Below, one piece after another: positions 59,633 through 64,000 of a DNA stretch of 64,000 bases. The stretch's first letter is position 1, and each line of letters starts with the position of its first letter. Origin of the DNA: Eledone cirrhosa (taxonomy: Eukaryota); NCBI GenBank assembly GCA_964016885.1, contig OZ024747.1:91946001-92010000 (forward strand), given 5' to 3'. The notes beneath the pieces are model-generated. The model searched no databases, had not been told where the DNA came from, and saw nothing but the letters and a program-made list of their open reading frames with translations. Position numbers and translations under genes: made by a program.

Positions 59633-62344
59633 CCTTGAATCTCAGTCATTGATGTTGGTTAACTGGAAAGTCCGTTGGATTGAATATCAAGCCACTACCT
59701 GCAGCCTCAGATATTCAGGACGTATCGGAGGGTTCTTGCCGTTCCAAGCAAGCATGCCTTTTGAAGCGTTCCAAAAAGCGTGAAGGGGCCGATTTTCTTT
59801 AACCATCCCTGGAAACCTTTGGAGATAGTCCCCAGTGCGCCTATGACAATCGGGATCACTTTGACTTCATGGCAGTTCCAAATCCTTTTCACCTCCCACT
59901 TTAGGTCCTGGTATCGGTTAATTTTCTCCCTCTCCTTCTCTTGCACTCTCGTGTCGAACGGGCAGGCCACATCCACAATCAGGCACGATCTTTTTTCTTT
60001 GTCCACAACCACCAGGTCAGGTCTATTGTGTTCCAGTTTTTTGTCCGTCTGTATCCTAAAATCCCACAGCACCTTCACCTGACTGTTCTCCATCACCGCC
60101 TCTGGCCTATGCTCATACCATTTCTCAGAATGTGGTAGATTGTTTACTTTGCACAGGTGCCAGTGGATCACCCTGCCCATCACATCGTGTCTCCAGCCCT
60201 TATAGTGGGTCTGGGCTAGGTGTTTACACTCGGACACAATGTGAGCCACAGTCTCCTCTCTCTCTCCACAGATCCTGCACAGTGGGCTAGCCTCCTCCTT
60301 GTAGATATGGTGCTTCAACCACTTCGTTTTGAGGGCCTGCTCCTGCGCAGCCATTAGCATTCCTTCTGTAGCCTTTTTGAGGTCTCCTCTTCTCAACCAG
60401 TTCCATGTCTGTGGATCTCTAAATTCAGTTTTCTCAAAGAAGGTACTATGAAGGGATTTTCCCTTAAGGCTGCTCTTCCTCCTTGATGTTATTTCCTCCT
60501 TGGGTATCCCCTGGCCTACTGTCCCCTCCTTCAGTACAGCTCTGAGCATTGGCTCCTTACTATAGGTCACGTATTTGTATAGGTTGTTTTTCTCCATCTG
60601 AACACAGTCCTCTATGCTGATAAGACCTCTTCCACCCTCAGATCTCCTTAGGTAGAGTCTATCGACATCACTCCTCTTGTGGAAAATGTTGTAGATAGTC
60701 AATAGCTTCCTAGTCTTCCTATCCATTTCTTTTTGTTCAGCAACATTCCATCTCAGAATTCCCGCACTGTACCTAATAATAGACACAGCTCGGGAATTTA
60801 CTGCGCTTATGGCATTTCTGCTGTTCAGATGTGACTTCAATACGCTCCTTACTCTCCGAATGTATTCAGTTCTTAACAATTCCTTCATTTTTTTGTTCTT
60901 TATGCCATCAGCCTCCAGAACGCCCAAATACTTGTATCCTTCCTCAGAGTCAATTTCCTTTATCATCTCACCTGTTGGTATCTGGATCCCGTTACTTCTG
61001 CTCAACCTACCCCTCCTCATCACAATGACTCCACATTTACCAATACCAAACTGCATACATATATCACTGCTGAAAATACGGACAGTGTCAACAAGCACAT
61101 CCAACTCCTTCTCACTTTTTCCGAAGAGCTTAAGATCGTCCATGAAGAGGAGGTGATTGATGGTAAGCTCTCCCCTTCCCAACTTGTATCCTGCTCTCAC
61201 TTTTCGCAGCATAATGGTCAAGGGCATCAGGGCAAGGACAAACAACAGAGGGGACAGGCTATCTCCCTGGAAGATACCTCTCTTGATCTTCACGCTTCCC
61301 AAGGATACTCCAGTTGATGTCAACTCTGTCTCCCAGGACCCCATACTCCTGCCCAGCAACTGTCTGATGTTATCTGCCACCCTGAAGATCTCCAGGCTTT
61401 TGGTGATCCAGGAATGAGGCACCATGTCAAATGCCTTTCTGTAGTCTATCCATCCCATGGCAAGATCAGTGTGTCTCCTCCTGCAATTCCCCATTACCAT
61501 CTTATCAATAAGCAACTGGTCCTTTGTACCACGTGACTTCTTTCGGCATCCTTTCTGTTCGTCCGGCAACAAGTTGTTTGTGTGGAGGTGATGGTAGATT
61601 TCCTCAGACACAATGCTCGTCAACAGTTTCCACATTACGGGCAGACATGTGATAGGTCTATAGTTGGTAACATCATTACCCTTGATTCGGTCTTTCATTA
61701 TCAGAACTGTGGTACCTTTTGTCAACCACTCTGGCACCTCACCCGACACCAAGCAGTCATTGAACATGGCCGTCAGCTTCGGGTGGAGGGATGTTAAATG
61801 TTTAATCCAATACCCCTGCACACCATCTGGGCCTGGTGATTTCCAGTTGGTTAGTTTTTTGGCTTGCCCCTTAAGAGTTTCAACTGTGATACTCAAATCA
61901 GTCTGTTGCTGTGCCTGCTCACCGATCTCCCTCTGTACTGTCTCAATCCACCCTGCCTGGGCATTGTGTCTAACATCCTGCTCCCATATTCCTCTCCAGA
62001 ATGTTTTAGCTTGTTCCGCCCCAGGGATCAAGTCGTTGCCTCTTTCTTTCCCCTCAAGCTGTCCAAACAGCATCTTCTGGTTGTTGTCGAACATGCGGTT
62101 CTGTTTATACTGACTGACTCTGTTCTCGTATCGCCTGATTTTGGCACTCTTTGCTACAATGCGTTGCTTCAATTCCTCTATGATAATATTTAGCTTTTTA
62201 CTCCTAGTTTTGTATTTTATTTCCAGTCTATTTTTAGTGCCTATGTTTTTTAGTGTCCCATTCAGTAGTGACTCAAGCTTTCCTATGTCATTTCTCATTT
62301 CCCCGATTTGCCCACTCAGTCGCTTCCTCCACCACGGCTCTGCT
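59633..62344 (-). mobile_element. R4/Dong-clade retrotransposon, copy B (5'-truncated, young)
   Basis: Shares its 3' UTR with copy A. The frame continues upstream as AEPWWRKRL. The 3' tail is the shared (ATT)n at 59606-59632. Confidence 0.93.
59707..62298 (-). CDS. Dong/R4-type RT + CCHC + restriction-like endonuclease (863-aa uninterrupted but N-terminally truncated ORF)
   Basis: [89 protein letters not shown]. Confidence 0.9.
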   Translation of the reverse strand: MRNDIGKLESLLNGTLKNIGTKNRLEIKYKTRSKKLNIIIEELKQRIVAKSAKIRRYENRVSQYKQNRMFDNNQKMLFGQLEGKERGNDLIPGAEQAKTFWRGIWEQDVRHNAQAGWIETVQREIGEQAQQQTDLSITVETLKGQAKKLTNWKSPGPDGVQGYWIKHLTSLHPKLTAMFNDCLVSGEVPEWLTKGTTVLIMKDRIKGNDVTNYRPITCLPVMWKLLTSIVSEEIYHHLHTNNLLPDEQKGCRKKSRGTKDQLLIDKMVMGNCRRRHTDLAMGWIDYRKAFDMVPHSWITKSLEIFRVADNIRQLLGRSMGSWETELTSTGVSLGSVKIKRGIFQGDSLSPLLFVLALMPLTIMLRKVRAGYKLGRGELTINHLLFMDDLKLFGKSEKELDVLVDTVRIFSSDICMQFGIGKCGVIVMRRGRLSRSNGIQIPTGEMIKEIDSEEGYKYLGVLEADGIKNKKMKELLRTEYIRRVRSVLKSHLNSRNAISAVNSRAVSIIRYSAGILRWNVAEQKEMDRKTRKLLTIYNIFHKRSDVDRLYLRRSEGGRGLISIEDCVQMEKNNLYKYVTYSKEPMLRAVLKEGTVGQGIPKEEITSRRKSSLKGKSLHSTFFEKTEFRDPQTWNWLRRGDLKKATEGMLMAAQEQALKTKWLKHHIYKEEASPLCRICGEREETVAHIVSECKHLAQTHYKGWRHDVMGRVIHWHLCKVNNLPHSEKWYEHRPEAVMENSQVKVLWDFRIQTDKKLEHNRPDLVVVDKEKRSCLIVDVACPFDTRVQEKEREKINRYQDLKWEVKRIWNCHEVKVIPIVIGALGTISKGFQGWLKKIGPFTLFGTLQKACLLGTARTLRYVLNI

Positions 62345-62661
62345 CATTTTGTTGAAAGATGGGTGAGAGAAGCAAGTATGGCCCGAATGAATGGGCCTTC
62401 TCTGAGTATGTGTCTGTAAATTAAAGGTGGAAAACTGGGAGAGGGCACTTGCCCTGGTGGTCAGGGCCACTGTGGTCTTTTAATGGGCTTTCTCCACAAA
62501 TGCCCTCGGAAGTCTCCCCCCTATTGGGGAATTTTTCTTTGTTATTTTATTTCAACCTCTGTTTTTTTTACACGCAGAAATGCCCATTTGTACCGTCCTG
62601 CATTGTCCTGTACTGTCCTTAATGTCTACTTTATGTAAACCCTTGTGGTTAATAAAGAAAA

Positions 62662-62712
<51 letters not shown>
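62345..62712 (+). repeat. Duplicate of the Tx1 3' end (59287-59605) plus (ATT)n
   Basis: 318 vs 319 bp; by eye the copies differ only by a 1-bp indel. Confidence 0.93.
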
Positions 62713-63808
62713 GAATATAACCGAAATTTGTGACGGGAACCAACCTCTGAGCTCTTGTCATTTTTACAGTTTGTTTTAAACTGGTTTTATGCTTTCATAT
62801 ATATATATATAAGATTTATTTAATTACTCAAATAATTGTATAAAACTCTAATTATAGCTGAAGCCAATATTTTGTTACATTATTACCGACTACAGTGGAT
62901 TTCTGATAATTAAGATTAATTTTAGTTTCTGAGTGGAATTGAGCTTAAATGTGTCTGGTTTGAATCGCTATTCTTACATACTTGTGAACCCCCACACGTT
63001 TGTTATGTTGTCAGTTAAGTAACGGTTATATTGTTAAAAGCACTTCCGGTTGTCAGGGAGGAAGTCACAGCTGATTACTAAAAGGAAGTGTTTACAATCA
63101 CATGAAATTTCATCTGATCAGAGGAGTGTCTAGGTATATTGCACTCTTCTGTCTCCATCAATGCACCAGTTTAACTATACTTGACAGCATGACATCCATT
63201 AATTAGGCGTGTTTATGCAGACATTTCTTCCTTTTGAACCATATAAAAATACTACTACACATTAAAGGCTAGACATCATTTTTTTTTATATTAAAATTAT
63301 GAAAAAAATTAATAAAAACATTTTCTTTTTTAATTTTACAGAGAACTTTTTCTGTCTTTCTTCAGGTTCGTTCACTTCATTAAAGGCAATGGTAATATTC
63401 TAATATAGAAGCCGTTTCATTTAATCTAACGAAAACAAACATGGTGGCTAGATAACCTACTACTTTGAAGACAGGAAATATGAGAGCTGCGGTTTAGTCA
63501 ATAATTTCAGAAGGAACTAGAGTCATTATTTGCCTTTAGAAACACACTGTCATAGAGTAAACTATGTCTAGATTCATTTCGAGATCAATTCTTTCAGATT
63601 ATTTATCATGGAAAAAAATTCATAATAAACTGTATTGAAATGCTATGACATTTAAAAGGACAAAACTGGAGTTTTAAGTAAATCCTATTTTAACACACAC
63701 ATAAGATTTAATGCGTCAAGGAATGTATTTGAATCGGAAAAGAGATACATTTAATAAGTTGGATTAACTTTTCAGCGTTATCGTTTATTTATTATTATAA
63801 TGTTGTAA

Positions 63809-64000
63809 GGGCGTTAGATTGGCAGTATCGGTAGAGGGTCGGGCGTATACTATCTAGCTTAGAATTACGGCCCTTTATGATCTGAGTTCAAATCCCGTCG
63901 AGGTTAACTTTGCCTTTCATCCTTACAGGGTCGATAAAATAAAGTACCAGTAATACACTGGGATAATTGCTGGCCTTGTGCCAAAAGTAGAAAGAATTAT
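63809..64000 (+). mobile_element. Full-length main-family SINE at the window end
   Basis: gggcgttagattggcagtatcgg ... gagttcaaatccc ... gtagaaagaattat. Confidence 0.9.

Noticed and set aside
59780-62193. Plus-strand ORFs overlapping Dong B, and minus-strand ORFs over the RTE and Tx1 elements
   Set aside because: Antisense shadows of genuine LINE reading frames.
63340-63400. Possible micro-exon after polypyrimidine-AG acceptors (ttttacag, ttcttcag ... gtaata)
   Set aside because: Splice-like signals alone are common in AT-rich DNA; no recognisable protein similarity.

Overview
AT-rich eukaryotic genomic DNA packed with microsatellites and retroelements. I found no convincing host exon, so it is probably intronic or intergenic. 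The repeat landscape is most consistent with a coleoid cephalopod, probably Octopus (inference from SINE/LINE types and simple-repeat density). Contents: (i) about 15 copies of one ~190-bp tRNA-derived SINE with an (ATT)n tail, several with clean TSDs; (ii) a nearly full-length, decayed RTE-clade LINE (~8.2-12.4 kb) with a PHD-type C4HC3 finger after its RT core; (iii) an 11.3-kb nested cluster at 51.4-62.7 kb, in which two R4/Dong-type restriction-like-endonuclease retrotransposons (minus) and a full-length Tx1/L1-clade element (plus) sit in one (ATT)n tract, and the younger Dong copy is flanked by a ~320-bp duplication with TSD geometry; (iv) older RTE and Tx1 fossils; (v) several short repeat families embedded in (TA)n, some carrying minimal hammerhead-ribozyme motifs typical of Penelope-like elements (best example 49112-49173); and (vi) many near-perfect local inverted or direct duplications abutting (TA)n arrays. 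Nearly all other ORFs in the six-frame track are microsatellite artefacts or antisense shadows of the LINE ORFs.
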